Below, piece by piece: positions 36,668 to 50,500 of a stretch of DNA of 64,000 nt (the first letter of the stretch is position 1; every line of letters starts with the position of its first letter). The translations under genes and the position numbers were made by a program. The notes under the pieces were generated by a model that saw nothing but the letters and a program-made list of their open reading frames with translations, searched no databases and was not told the origin of the DNA. The stretch comes from Epiperipatus broadwayi (lineage: Eukaryota; Animalia; Onychophora), in the NCBI GenBank assembly GCA_028023455.1, contig JAQFVV010000011.1:1674001-1738000 (forward strand), read 5' to 3'.

Positions 36668-39322
36668 ATAAATCCTATACACTTAATATTTGGAGGCTCT
36701 TCCTCCTATTTGTTATTTCAATAATACTTATAACTCTATCTCTTAAATTATTAGCAATACAAAATAATTATATATTCACATACCAATGTTTATATCATTT
36801 ATTCCCATTCTGTGCTCTTAATGAACTAAGAAAACGGTATTAAATAATCAACTAATGCCATAGAAATTACTTTCGCTTGCGTATAAATCTATATTTACTA
36901 TATGAAATTAAGTCATAATTTTATTAAAATTAGCACTAAATAAAGTAAAATTTTGTAATCCAATATTACATTCATACCGGGAGGGTGAATTGCCAGTAAT
37001 AATAATAAATGAAATAATGATAGTGTGGGTGATATGATTTGATAAGCTACTTAGAATTACAATTCCAGCGATGGTCTCCCTCCATATCTCTAAGTTTATC
37101 ATATCTCCAAATGTGTGCACATTTATAAATTTACAATCATAACGCATTTACTGATTACATTTTCTATCGGTTTACTTGCGGAATGAATAAACTTCACAAT
37201 ACGGATGGTACAATGAGCTAATCTTTAAATTATTAATCCAACCTCAAAGTATATTACAGAAATCACTAAAACATTTATCTGAAATAACTAACATATACTA
37301 CACAACGATAAATACGTGGAATGAAGAGGGAGAGCAAATGCTAATAAATATTCGCATACGGGCACGTGAGGGTTAACAAGACTTCAAACATCAATTTAAT
37401 TCATCAACTTAATAACTACCAATCTTTCTGGCACAAATGGCGTGGAACCCAACCAATTAATCATAAATAAACGGGACATCTACCACTTTACTTTAAGGAA
37501 TATAATCACCACATAATATACTATCAAATAAGGAAATATACTACCACCCATGGCTCAATAGATAAATAAGTAAAATGAGCGTTACTTAATCCGAATCATC
37601 CTTTCAATCACCTCTCCACTCAAAAGGTATCTAAGGCATTTCATACAGGACAAATCCATAAACAGATAAACTCTTAAATTTTCACAATCTTTAGCCCATA
37701 ACACCAGCCGCAACCGATAGAAAACAAATAAGCATAAATTTAACTCTTATAGAATAGCTTCTGATAGCGAACACACGCGAATATAAGATCATGTATGAAA
37801 TCTTTTCGAAATCACATCAGACAATAAAATATTACATTAGCATTAATTAAATTATAAATGAATCTAATATCTATGAAAAATTATGAACATCGAATTTCAA
37901 ATTAGCGTAAATACTATCAAGTAAGCCTAACTATCCGGCAATACTGGCATAAATATTTTCATGTATCTATTTATTATTACCAACTAATGAATGATGATAA
38001 AGCATGCAATTTGCACCAATAATATGAGCAGGGGAATATATAATATTTTACATAATACAACAAAAGAAAATATTACCAGTTTGGTATAACTTATACCAAA
38101 ATCTCCTAGACGTTCTAGAGGAGATTGGGTACACAAATATATAATAATAAATCAAATTAATATCAAAATAAACAAAAAAGAAAATAAATAAATAAATACA
38201 TCTATATATCTATCATATGCAATGAAAGAAATGCATATCAAACCTTCTGTCATTAAAATAAAAGTTCCCTTTTTATTTTTTTAGTTCATATTTGAAACTT
38301 TAAAAGTAAAACGTACACATAGCTCATAGCTCACGATGATAAGACGAATAAACAAACATTAAAACATATAAACATTTCTCCTGCAGGATAAACATGAATT
38401 TGGCAAAATAGCAATAACCTTCAATGTTCTTAGGGCTTCCTAATGGAAATTACAAGCAGCTTTTGTACATTATTGAATCAAGTTATTTTTTTATAAATTT
38501 TACACAGCTCAGCAAGATCATCCAAGTAAATGTTTATGATCCACGCTATTTTTACCTCTGTTCTGTCTAAATTTTTAACATTTAATAAATTTAAGACGAT
38601 TAAGATCAGGGTTATTTGATCATCCATGCTTACACACATTTCTAATAAATAATTATCAAATATCCTTAAGTACACATTCTATCACTCATTTATAAGTGTG
38701 AATGGTAAGGTAATTTAGTATACATAATTATCCCAATAATGTAAAGTATTAGAATGAATAATTTCTCTTTTTTCAGCCTTATTTTACACAATAAAATAGA
38801 AAACTTATTAAATGAGGCAATACAATATGCCATTGCACAGTTCAGCATAGCTTTTCCAATTGTTATCACTATTGTTAAATTTATGTATCTCCAGTGGCAC
38901 ACTTTTTATTATAAGTAAATCATAGCAAAATTGTGTTAGCATTTTTTTTATATAATATCCATGCATTATGAATAAAAGTAAATTCAAATTGTTAGTGGAT
39001 AAAAGTTGGAACTGGTGTACCTTTAAACTTTTAGCCTTCCATATTGGGCAATTCTATCCTGTGTCCTTCACAATTACACATTGGCATTTATGCTTGAGTA
39101 GTATGAGAGAAGTTTCCTTAGTAAAAGGGGATAGTAGAGAATTCAATGAAAATATTAAGTTCACTTGATTTATTATATTTCTTTTTTAGAAAAATATTTC
39201 ACCTTCTCTAAAACTTTTCTGAAGTATTCTGTCTACTTAGCCATGCCTCTTTTTTATAGTTATAATGAGGCAACAATATGCAAGAATTTATTAGTAGTAA
39301 AAAAAATGTTAGGAATAGAGCA

Positions 39323-40125
39323 CACCTGGGTCTCGTTTTATGCAGATTATTTTAATGCGATTTTGAAGTTATGCGATTCCTGTTTCTTTTTAATATCTTT
39401 CATATTTCACTATATTTATTAGATATCAAGAAATGTAAATTATTAATAACTTATTTTAACTTGAAATACTTTTTTTTTTTTTCAAAAATATAACGTTATT
39501 ATATTAGCAGCTAACTTGAATATGGCCTGAAGCTGTATTTAGAATATTAGCTTCTATGTAAATAACCTGCTTATACTAATGAGTAAAGAATAATAATAGA
39601 TTTATATTTACATATAAAAATATCGCAATAAATAGTCAAAAATTTTAAACTTTTAAAACGTATTTTGTTAATTATAATGAAGATTTTATAGATTTTATAA
39701 ACTGAAAATAATTTTGTTTTGATTACAATCTCATTTTTTAAATATAGAAACAAAAAACCATGAACAGAGAGCTCAAGACTGAGGAATCTGATTTCTTAAC
39801 ATTTCACAAACGAACGCATATTGTCAAATAGCCAAACAAAAATGTAAATTTAAATACTGTAGTTAATAAAAAAAGTAAAAAAAGTTTGTCTTGTATTATT
39901 TTTTTTCAAATATTTGAAATTTTTTATTAGTCATACTTTATTTCATTATTTTTTTAATGCGAATTTTAAAGTAATTTTTCCTTCTCTGCTTTGCTTTTAT
40001 GCAATTTCTGAAAATTACAACCTCCTATTCCCATTTTTCAAAGTAAGTTAAGTCTATTTTTGTGCAATTTCTTTTGTGTGCATTTTCTGAGGAACCTATC
40101 TACCGCATAAAACGAGACCCAGGTG
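39323..40125. mobile_element. pogo/Tigger-like (Tc1/mariner) MITE
   Basis: Perfect 21-bp TIRs CACCTGGGTCTCGTTTTATGC (39323-39343) and its complement (40105-40125); TA on the right, CA on the left; no ORF. Confidence 0.75.
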
Positions 40126-41455
40126 TATTGAAAAAAAAAAAGATACTTAAGTCACAAATACTAGCTAATAATAAATAAAATAAATAACTTTTACATTTTC
40201 AAATGAAAGATTTTATGCAATAAATAATTAATAAAAAAAATCATATTAACTGATGGTGTGTGTGTGCAGTCTTTCCATTAATCCAGAAATCTATTAATGA
40301 CTGAGCAATTAGAAATAACTATGACAAAATAAATAATGTTATTGCAAGAGAGATATTCTGAGTGATAATTAGAAATATGAACAAGGTGTGAAGTGTGAGA
40401 TGATGGGCATGCACCCACACATACAAGTTAGATTTTGGAATGGCAATAAACAATAAATTAGAAAATTAATGAATAAGCGCTCATCATGGCCTTGCAGACA
40501 AACAATACTTATTCTCACTAGTCTAGCTTTCATACCAACAACTCCTGATACCATTTCCTTCTCCCACTATTAGACATATATATATATATATATAAATTTA
40601 ATGATTGGTACACTCCAACAAACATCTTAAAAACTTTTCACCTGAATTATACATTAAGTTATATCACAATTTTTTTTTTATTCACTATTGGCACAATGTG
40701 AACTTCCCACATTCCTTCATGGTGCCAATCTGGAAGGTCACAATATGCACACCCAATACATAACTTTTTTTTTTTGTTGTTATTACAGTCAATACATCAA
40801 TACTTACCTAAATAACTGAAATAACTTAGATCTTTTACTCTTTAGTTAAAGTAGATAGATATTCATTTTCTGACTAACAGTAGATGGCTAATTATTTTGG
40901 CTATAAAACAACTATCTAAAAAAAATAATCCTAAACCTACTTAAAAGATGAGTGGCTTATAAACTTACTGAATATTAATGATGACTCATTAAAGCTTATG
41001 ATGTAGCACTGATAGTATAATATACTGTATCATAATGATGGCATGCAGTGAAAAATTACAAAAGATGATGAACAAATAGTATCATTTATCTAATACCTAA
41101 TTATTCAATTTGCTTTTAGGCTGAAAATTTCATGTATATATATATACACATACATATATTTGCATATATCATATATTTTAATATGCTCTCTACATCAGTA
41201 AGAAGCATAATGAAATTATAGAAATGTTTTCACTATTGTATATCTAGAAAAGAACGTTGGCTTGATTCTAAACCCTGGAGTCTTAAAATTTCCAAATCAT
41301 TAGATTGGATTACATAATATGAATAACATGGTACTGGCTGTCATTCTATCGGAAACTTGATTTATAAAAACAGTTAGCCAAAACTGATCCTGAGATTCTA
41401 TTGATTACATAATTGACTATGTAAAGTATGCATAGTTTGGTGCAGGGCTCTAAAA

Positions 41456-41895
41456 CAGGTGTTCTCAATCTTTTTTATCCTTGTACTCTCCCTTTGTTTT
41501 GAGTAATTACCTGGTACCCCTTATTTATTATAATAAGAAATAAGCAGTTGGAGAGTGAACTAGGCAATATGTCAATGCATGCACAGGAGATGCAAATGAC
41601 ATGGCAGTGAGCCTTGAGGCAGCATTGATCTGGCAATTTCACTAGCTATCTTGAATCTTAGCTAGGCATTTTGAGTTATTGGACCCTCAGTAAGAGAAAA
41701 TCTATGCAATTTCACTAATGTCCATGACCCAAGAGACCTGAAATGTTGCTAGTGTGGCTAACAGACAATACCAACATGGAATAGCCCAGAAATGTTAATA
41801 ACAACTATTTTGGAAATATATTAATAGCATAATATAACTATTTACCTGCCATTTCTGTATCTGGAAATACAGGTATCCTGGGTTGGGAACCCCTG
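41456..41895. mobile_element. hAT (Charlie-like) MITE, aged
   Basis: TIRs CAGGTGTTCTCAATC / GGTTGGGAACCCCTG; 8-bp flanks CTCTAAAA / CTTTAAGA (6/8 match). Confidence 0.7.
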
Positions 41896-42274
41896 CTTTA
41901 AGAGCTTAAGATCTATAAATTGCAGCTCAGTTCAGCCATTTCTCTGAGCTATTAAGGTTTTGAATATATATACTGACTATGTATGAAGATAGAGAAATAA
42001 ATTAACTAAGTAATTTTCAGCCATAAAATAGTACTTGCTTATCAAAACATACCTTATATTTTTGTACATACATACACAAAGCTCACAATTTTTCCACTTA
42101 TAAATACTCATTTGTGGAAGATAGTATTTTTTTTTCTTTCAATATAAAAGATCGTTTTAGTTTTACTTCAAATATAAGGGATTTGAACTCAGACTTTCAA
42201 GCATCTTCCACCATCCTCACTCTTTCATACTACTGATACACATGATCACACACATGCAGAAAAGATAAATAATC

Positions 42275-42318
42275 ACCAATATATGTATTTTGTGCTGAAC
42301 CAGCACTCATCAGTTGGT
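42275..42318 (-). ncRNA. Hammerhead motif, family A-II, G12A (predicted inactive)
   Basis: ACCAA-CTGATGA-GTGCTG-GTT-CAGCAC-AAAA-TACATA-TA^TTGGT. Confidence 0.7.
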
Positions 42319-42752
42319 CCAGATTATCATCTCCCATACATATATATAATCAGTGCTCAGTTAAGATAACAATTCCTTATACTTCAATGGATAGGCTTCA
42401 ATCTACTCCAACTTCCAACTCTCCGTACCATTGAAAATCTGATAATAGAATTCCCAAATTCCATGCTGATGCCAATTTTGTTATTAAGCCTGCATTCTGC
42501 CCATCCTTCTTCTGTGTATTTAAATGAATATTGTCCTATACGTGAGGGATCAGATTGACTTGAGGTCAATATGGGCATGATAACAATATTGGCATCAGCA
42601 TGGGATTTGGAAATTTTATCATCAGATTTTCAATGGTATGGATGGCTGAAGAGTTGGAGTAAATTGAAGCTTGTCCATTGAAGTATAAAGATTTGCTATC
42701 TTAATATAAACTAAGCACTGATTCTATATATGTATGAGAGATGATAATCTGG

Positions 42753-42796
42753 ACCAACTGATGAGTGCTGGTTCAGCACGAAATATGTATATTGGT
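42753..42796 (+). ncRNA. Intact type I hammerhead ribozyme, family A-II
   Basis: ACCAA-CTGATGA-GTGCTG-GTT-CAGCAC-GAAA-TATGTA-TA^TTGGT; canonical core, 5-bp stem I, 6-bp stem II, quasi-palindromic stem III, cut after 42791. Confidence 0.9.
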
Positions 42797-43212
42797 GATT
42801 ATTTATTTTTTCTGCTTGTGTGTGGTCATGTGTATCAGTAGTATGAGATAGTATAGATGGTTGAAGGTGCTTGAAAGTCTGAGATCAAATCCCCTACATT
42901 TATAATTCGGCTCCAGGTATATGAGTGCCTGGTATTTCAAATCTTACACATTAAGCCTGCCTTCTGTCCATCCCTCTTCTGTGTATTTACATGGATACTG
43001 TCCTATATGTGAAGGGTCAGGGTGACTTGAGGCCAACAAGGGCATGATAATATAAGCATCAGCATGGGATTTGGAAATTCTATCATCAGATTTTCAATGG
43101 TATGGATGGCTGAAGAGTTGGAGTAGATTGAAACCTGTCCATTAAAGTGTAAGGATTATCTTAATATAAACTGAGAACTGATTATATATATGTATGGGAG
43201 ATGATAATCTGG

Positions 43213-43256
43213 ACCAACTGATGAATGCTGGTTCAGCACGAAATGCGTATATTGGT
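43213..43256 (+). ncRNA. Hammerhead ribozyme motif, family A-II (A10.1.C11.1 mismatch)
   Basis: ACCAA-CTGATGA-ATGCTG-GTT-CAGCAC-GAAA-TGCGTA-TA^TTGGT; exactly 460 nt downstream of the previous HHR. Confidence 0.8.
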
Positions 43257-44479
43257 GATTATTTATCTTTTCTGCATGCGTGTGATCATGTGTATCAGTA
43301 GTATGAGATAGTGTGGATGGTTGAAGACGCTTGAAAGTCTTGAGTTCAAATCCCCTATATTTACAATTCGGCTCCAGGTATGAGTGCCTGGTATTTCAAA
43401 ATTTTACTTCAAATGTTATTGATTTCATAAGAACTGGTCATATTTTCAAAACATATTATGCCACGCAAATAAAATAAAAAGAAATACATTATTAAAATCG
43501 TAAATTTTTCAACAGGAAATACCTATACAATATTAATTATTTCAAAAGTTAATAAAATGTAATGGCATTTATGATTCTGGGGGGAATTTCAAAAAATGAA
43601 CTTAATCATTTACAAGAACAAATTTCTTTTCAGATTAATAATTCTTAATTTTCTTATTGAGTGAAATAACCTCAGTTAATTAAAAAAAAAAATCGAGATA
43701 TTTTTAAAATGAATCATTATATAAAAAAGATTTAAGAATTAAAAGTAAAATAAAATGAAATCTTTCTTGTAAGAGATTTCTTCTTCAATATATATATTTT
43801 CTTACAACGTGGTCTATAGAAGACAATAGCATTTAAATATCCATCAATGGAACAAAAACTTGTCTAATATGTCTTTATAGAACAACAGTTAACAACGTAG
43901 ACAACATTCTATAGGCTAACCAAACGATGGCAATGAATATTAACATTTTCCTTTTTTGTTTTACCCATTTACTGATCACTAATTAGATGATTAGTTAGTT
44001 TAACTATGAAACAAATGTTAAGCGTGTTTGGAACTTGGGAGGGGGGATCCCCAAGTCTGAATGTCAAGTAGTGTTAAACGGTATGTCTTAAGATCTTTTA
44101 CATATATCAGTACCTGGTTATTGCTGAATAATTTTAAAAAAAGTTAAACTGAAAGTGGTATTTCTTTAGTCAGTAGAATATCCAATCCAGCAACTTCTCA
44201 GTTTCTCAAAAAATTACAAATAATTATTCTTATTACACATGCTATCATAATAAAATATTACTTTTCTGCTTAATGTATTATAACATATTGGAGATTATGT
44301 AGCTTTTTGCATGTGTGTAATCATTTGTATCTGTTGCTTGACATAGGGTGGAGAATGTTTGAGATAAAGAGGAAAATAAATAGAATTAAAAATTCTGACT
44401 TCCAATCCCTCTATTTAAAAACAAAAACAGCAATATCCAATGGTATTTCAAAAAATAAAGATTGAGTAGCAATGAATTT

Positions 44480-44900
44480 AAAAAAAATAATAACCATAAA
44501 TACTTAGTCATATTATTAACACCAATTGAATATAATATATGAAATTAATCGTAGAATTAAACATGGAGTGTTTTTGGTCGAAATAACTCGGTATTAGGAA
44601 GAAATATACAGGTGATTTTAAAAAGATGTTTAATAAATGTATTTTATTAGTTCTTACTTATGACCACAATGGTTTGTCATTTAACAGAAGAGAAATACAG
44701 AGACTACAAGAAAAGGGTCAAAAGATGCACACTGAAAGATTAGCAAGAAGAGATCTAAAGCAAAATGTATGGATGAGAGAACAACAAATAACAATGATAT
44801 CACTGAAAAAATTAAAAGAAATGAAACTAGTCTGAAGAAATCAATCAGAAAAGATGATAACAAGTTATTAAATGAAAACTTAAATGATATCTTACATACA
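44480..44900 (+). pseudogene. RTE-clade LINE RT C-terminal fragment
   Basis: HKYL..EINRRIK..WSVFGR..KMFNKCILLVLTY..RREIQRLQ..RD..NVWMREQ, matching the RTE pattern YLG..EI.RRI..GW.AF..VFN.CILPVLTYG.ETW..W.REQT. Confidence 0.75.
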
Positions 44901-45804
44901 AAATATAAGGTAAAATTAGAAAAAGATACACTCAAAATAGATGAGCTATGCCTGTCCCTCAAAAGTTCTCAATCTGACACCCAGATATTTTCACAAATGT
45001 GGACATGTATAAAACTTCTATTTAAGCATACACATAGTGCAATGCAAATATTGAATTAAGAGTTAAGTAAAATAAAATATGTATTTTCTCATTCAACTAC
45101 ATCTTTTTCTCTCTCCAATTTTTATAATAATTCTACTTCATTCTACTAGTGGTGAAATATTCCAACAAATTATCTAAATTATGTGGTCGATGGATTTAAA
45201 CTGCAATGCTGGAAACATTTTATTGCCTTTATAGTGAAATGATGGATGTATACCTAGCAAAAATAAACCTCAAATTTTACTTCACTTAATTAATTAATAT
45301 TTTTTATTATGATGGGTAAATGGAGTAAGATAAATAAAACTAACACAAAAAATCATACATTTGAAAAAAAAAAAGTGGACCAATGCATATTTTTTTATAG
45401 AAAGGAATAGCAAATTGGTCTGTCTAATATATCTAGAAAGTATTTCAATTAATAAAGAATACCTTATTAAGAGACTATTTTCAAAACATTCTGATTCCAA
45501 CAAAAATTTTGGGGAAGAAAAAATATTAAAATAGAAAACTTGAAAAGGAGCTTGTCAAGTAACTGACAGGTTTTGCAAAAAGTATAAACAAATCAGAAAA
45601 ATTCTATGAAAGCAATTACAATTTTTTTTTTTTAAAAAAAGGAAGAAAATTCAAAACCATATTTTGAAAAAAAGTTTACAAAAGATTGCATTCTAGATGC
45701 ATAGAATTAATTTGTTCAGAACAGAAAAAGAAATATGAGAATAAATGCCACAAAGAAAAGGTTCATGGCGAATTGAAAAAAAATGTCATTAAATTTGAAA
45801 TAGT

Positions 45805-45940
<136 letters not shown>

Positions 45941-46493
45941 GTTACTTTATTTTTAATTCACAAAAATATGATGGCCCTTATTTAAAAAGAAAAGTTAAAA
46001 TTGGCCTGCCAATTGAAAAGGTTGCCTACTCTTAATAATCAGTGATAAGATAATTAAATTTTTGATCAAATGCATGTTAATTTTTAAGTTGATAATTTTG
46101 TATGGCCTGCAAATGAGATTATAAATATCCAAATGACCTTTGGTAGAAAAAAGGTTCCCTATCCCTGAACTAAGAAAATTTTCTGGAATAATGCTGAAAA
46201 AAGACTGTTATAGAACAAACAAATTGGATTAAATTTGGAGAGGTTTTCAATTTGCATTGGATTAATAACAGTGAAAATGATGAGGATAATGTGTTCAATC
46301 AAAATATTTTATTCACTATTTATAATCATGTAATTAATGTTTTAATATTTTAAGTCAGAAAGTATACTAATAATAATTTTCAATACAATGGATTAATGTT
46401 TTATGTCTAATGACAATTTATAAAAAGTATGTTCTCATAGAACTTGGATTGCTTAAATTACTTACTTCCAATTCATTCAGTTAATCAATTTTT

Positions 46494-46891
46494 AAATCAT
46501 TAAACATCACATGACCACCATTAAATATGCTTACACAAGCTTTTATAACAGAGGCAAAACTCTCCATACAACAGTGTCGCCCAGTGCAAGCCAGAGTAAA
46601 CAATGGATGCTAGAAAGTTTGGGTATAAAATCCCTACATAGTTCCTAGTCATTCAATATCTCTGGACTAGTTTAGCTTGTGGCTTTCATCAGTTGCATTA
46701 GATCCTAAGATACAGGTGCAGTGCTCTCAGATCCAAGGATCCTTATTGATGAAAGCTATAAACTAAAAACTAGTTTAGGGATATTGGAATGACTAGGCGC
46801 TAGATAGGGATTTTATGCACAAAGCTTCTTGTATCCATTGGTCACTCTGGTTTGCACTAGGTAGTGCTATTGTTTGGAGTTTTACCTGTTC
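46494..46891. mobile_element. HHR family B fold-back element (copy B5), aged
   Basis: Tail, minus copy with CTGATGAAAGCCACAAGCTAAACTAGTC, plus copy with TTGATGAAAGCTATAAACTAAAAACTAGTT; possible TSD ATCA(A/G)TTTTT at 46484-46493 / 46892-46901. Confidence 0.85.
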
Positions 46892-47374
46892 ATCAGTTTT
46901 TCATTATATAGAAAGACATAATGATTTAAGTAATACAAAGTTTTAACAATCACATACATATATGTACTTTAATAAGATAAAAATTATCTGCAGAAATTTT
47001 TAAAATTGATTTTTCAACTATCACAAATCAATAACATATAAGTTTATCACTATATATCTAAAATAGGATAATTCCTAATCTTTTGCAGTCTAAATAAAAA
47101 ATTTAACAACTGCCATTTATAGAAAAACGCACCCCCCCCCCACAAACACACATACAATTTGTATAGACTATGCATTATAGTAAAGTAAAAGAAGTAATAA
47201 ATGATTTCTTATCCAGGAGATAGTACGAGATTTAAGCATTAAAAGTGATATGGCCATGTCATGATTCATGGAACTTAAACTCTTAACCCTATCATTAAAT
47301 CATCACATTCAAACATGTAGGACATAATCTTGTAGCAAAAATGTTTCCATTACATGACTGTATATTTAAATCAT

Positions 47375-47528
47375 ATGTTATATATAGAGTACATAAAAAC
47401 ATACTCTTAACAAGCTTCAAAAATACCCTCAACCCCAGATGACGCTAGATGCAGAAACCGCTGTCTGGGGTTGAGGGTATTTTTGAAGCTTGTTAAGAGT
47501 ATGTTTTTACGTACTCTATATATAACAT
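47375..47528. mobile_element. Palindromic insertion (65-bp arms) whose 24-nt loop is a hammerhead core remnant (family E)
   Basis: Arms 47375-47439 / 47464-47528 with one mismatch; centre reads CCCCA-GATGA-C-GC-TAGAT-GC-A-GAAAC-CGCT-GTC^TGGGG. Confidence 0.8.
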
Positions 47529-50500
47529 TTGTAAATACGAGCTTTATTAAAATTAGGTCATATGACATCTGACTTGATTTTTTATCAATTTAAATCATGT
47601 TTGCACTGAAATTTTATTGTACAAATAATCCTATTTATGGATTGTAATTTACATGCAATAATATCAAATCTAAACATTATTCTGCAATGATAAAATTAAC
47701 GTATATGGTAATTTGATTGACAAACTAATGTAGTTTGTGCTGAATAAGATGAATGAAAGAGGAAGATCAAAGAAGCTGGTTCATTGCTAATGACTCCTAT
47801 ACGATTAACAAAAAAGATTCTTGCATTGCTTTGTTCAGAAAGTGGAATAGGTAAATTTATAAATCTGCATAATGCCTGCTGTAATGGTATTTTAAACTTA
47901 CCATGAATGTTAGCTCTGAGTTTGAGTGCTAAAATTTGACCAACTAGGCTGAAAGCATGCTCAACTAGATATTGAAAGTTTAAAATAAAAAAATCTTTTC
48001 TTTATGAGCAGGTAAAACATTTATGATAGAATTTAAAATGAACCTAAATATTATTACATACCAATACAGAAATATTTGGTCAATTGATCAAAAGATTACA
48101 AATACAATAAAAAGTAATGCATTTAAGTAAGCTATAAAAAAAATTACACCAGGAGAGATTAACGCATAAAAATAATTTAAAGAAGCAACACATTTCAAAA
48201 GCAAGGTAAGTTATAAATTTAATTTTTCTTTAATGATGAATCTTTGCCAAGCAGTATTCTTCTTTAAATTACCGTTTAATTATGGCACAATTAATACAGC
48301 ATTAATGCTGTTAAAAGCTTATTCTTTACATCATAAACAATCATAAATGTGAGTTTTTAACAGCATTATTAAAATACGTTTGTTTATATGCATGAAAGGA
48401 AGTTAGTTGAAGATTGAAGTTTATAATGTTTTCTAAAATTTATAGTTATACTGAAAACTTGAACTTTCATTTCTCAAGGGTCTAGAGAAAATAAATTAGA
48501 TGTATAAAATCAATAGAAGTCCGTAAAAATTATAGATAAAGAAGCAATTTAATGCTTAGTCACTGAAATATAGTACACATAAACTAGTAATCGTTAATTT
48601 TAAGTACAACTCAGATATTTAAATTCAAAACATTCCACACTTATTATCTGAAAAATGTGTGTATGTTTATACATATAAAATATAACATGTAGGTAATTTT
48701 AATATAATAATAATAAGTTTGTTGCTCAAAGGTTCATAAAAAATTTGAATACCACAATGATAAGTCATGATTAATGGACTCTGGGCTCTAGAATCCACAA
48801 TATGACCACTGCATTGAATTACGTGGGACAAAATAGGCACACATTAAAAAAAAAAAATCAGAATCAACACTAATTATTAGATTTTAAGAAAACAAATAGA
48901 CTTATCGAATCATAAATTTTTAAAAAAAATTAATTTACATTTACTTGCTTATGACAAATGTTACTTCTTTAATTATCTTTCAAAATGTTAAGAATAACTA
49001 CAAATAAAGCAAAAATCTCCATTTTTTAAAGTGGTAAAACTTTTACACCATTGGGTTTTGAATTCTGTGCAGTACAAGAAATTACAGTGAAGCTATGATA
49101 TCTATTATATTTTGTCCCAAACCCTTCTCATGTTTATTTCAGATAATAGTTAAGATTCTGTTGATAGAGATTTTGATCATGGTATAAAAAATGCATACTC
49201 ACACATAAATTAAGATTACATTGATTTTTCCCTTCATTTGTATTGAAAATTCAAACTGGCATATGGTTGTTCATCTGCTTAATGTAGTTCTCTCTTTCTT
49301 CTTTAAATCTGAGTGCACTTTCAATAAGTTCCACATAATCAAAGTGCATCTCGCCTTAGCGTATAAAAAAGAAAAAACCCACTTCCTTGCGAAAATGAAC
49401 AAACATATGCAAGCTAGAAATTAAGATTATAGCATAAAGTAAATTTTAAAAAATATAATAATGTAGTAATCGATAAAAAATTTAAGAAAGCACATTGACA
49501 TATATATTTACTGTGTGAATGTTCATTCATTCATGTTTAGTCAAACAATAAAAATAATTAAAAAAAACGTATGTACTATATCTTTATTTTTTTTACATAA
49601 AATAAAAAGAGAAGTATACAGATCTTTATCACAATTAAACATGCTCTGGATAACATCCTTGTTCTTCAATAACTCTTTTTCCTTATGGAAATATAACAGC
49701 CCATCTTGATGTCAATGTGCTACAACCTTCACAATTGTTTTGATGTTTTTAAGTCCATATCAACTTCAGAATCATAGTCACCCCTAACTTGCCATTACCC
49801 ATTTCCAAATTATCAAGTAAATCCTTCAAACTATACAAGAATGATCAACAATGATTTTTTTCAGTTACTAATAAATTTTATAAAATTTCTAGCTTTATAC
49901 TTATAAAATATTGTTTATTATGTAAAATACTAATCATATTAAACTTTTCAAAGAAATAAAATCAAAATAAATGCACTTTTGATATAATGCTAAGAAACAC
50001 TATTAATAAATATGTTGATGGTCTGTGACAATCAGAGATGAAAAATGACAGTTGCCATATCATAAATTTATTTAATTTGTAAATTTTAATGTTTTCATTT
50101 TGGTTTATTTACTTTTATTTTTAAGAGTATATGATTATATTGTGGCTTCCCTATATTTAAAATGCATCCATAAATAGTCATACTCTGACAGCATTTGTCC
50201 TCATAACACTCAATTAATTTGTAATTTATGTATTCATTTAAAAAAAAATTATATTTAGTTATATTTTTCATCAAAAGATGGAACCGCTTGTAAAAAATAT
50301 AACTGACATGCAATTTATAAATTTTGATTTTAGTAGTATTGCTTTGAAATAGTATTACAATAAATCATTTTGGTTTAATTTTTTATACAATTTGACAAAA
50401 GATAACTAATTATAGTTAATATTTATTAATAATTTATTACTTAACACAATTGTAATATTATTTATATATTTTTCATTTTTTTTGACAGTATAGACATTTA

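Larger units (their letters stand above)
42174..43401. mobile_element. HHR family A-II composite: inverted copy plus two tandem ~460-bp units, tail and 13-bp TSD
   Basis: Minus copy 42174-42483 (no tail), plus units ~42483-42949 and ~42950-43401; TTTTACTTCAAAT at 42161-42173 and 43402-43414. Confidence 0.95.

Noticed and set aside
44769-45059. 96-aa ORF as a host gene
   Set aside because: Overlaps the frameshifted end of the RTE relic; no independent support.
47760-48205. Two candidate plus-strand exons ending at GTAAAT (47851) and GTAAGT (48206)
   Set aside because: Reading frame and acceptor are ambiguous and the peptides are unrecognised; RNA-seq would be needed.
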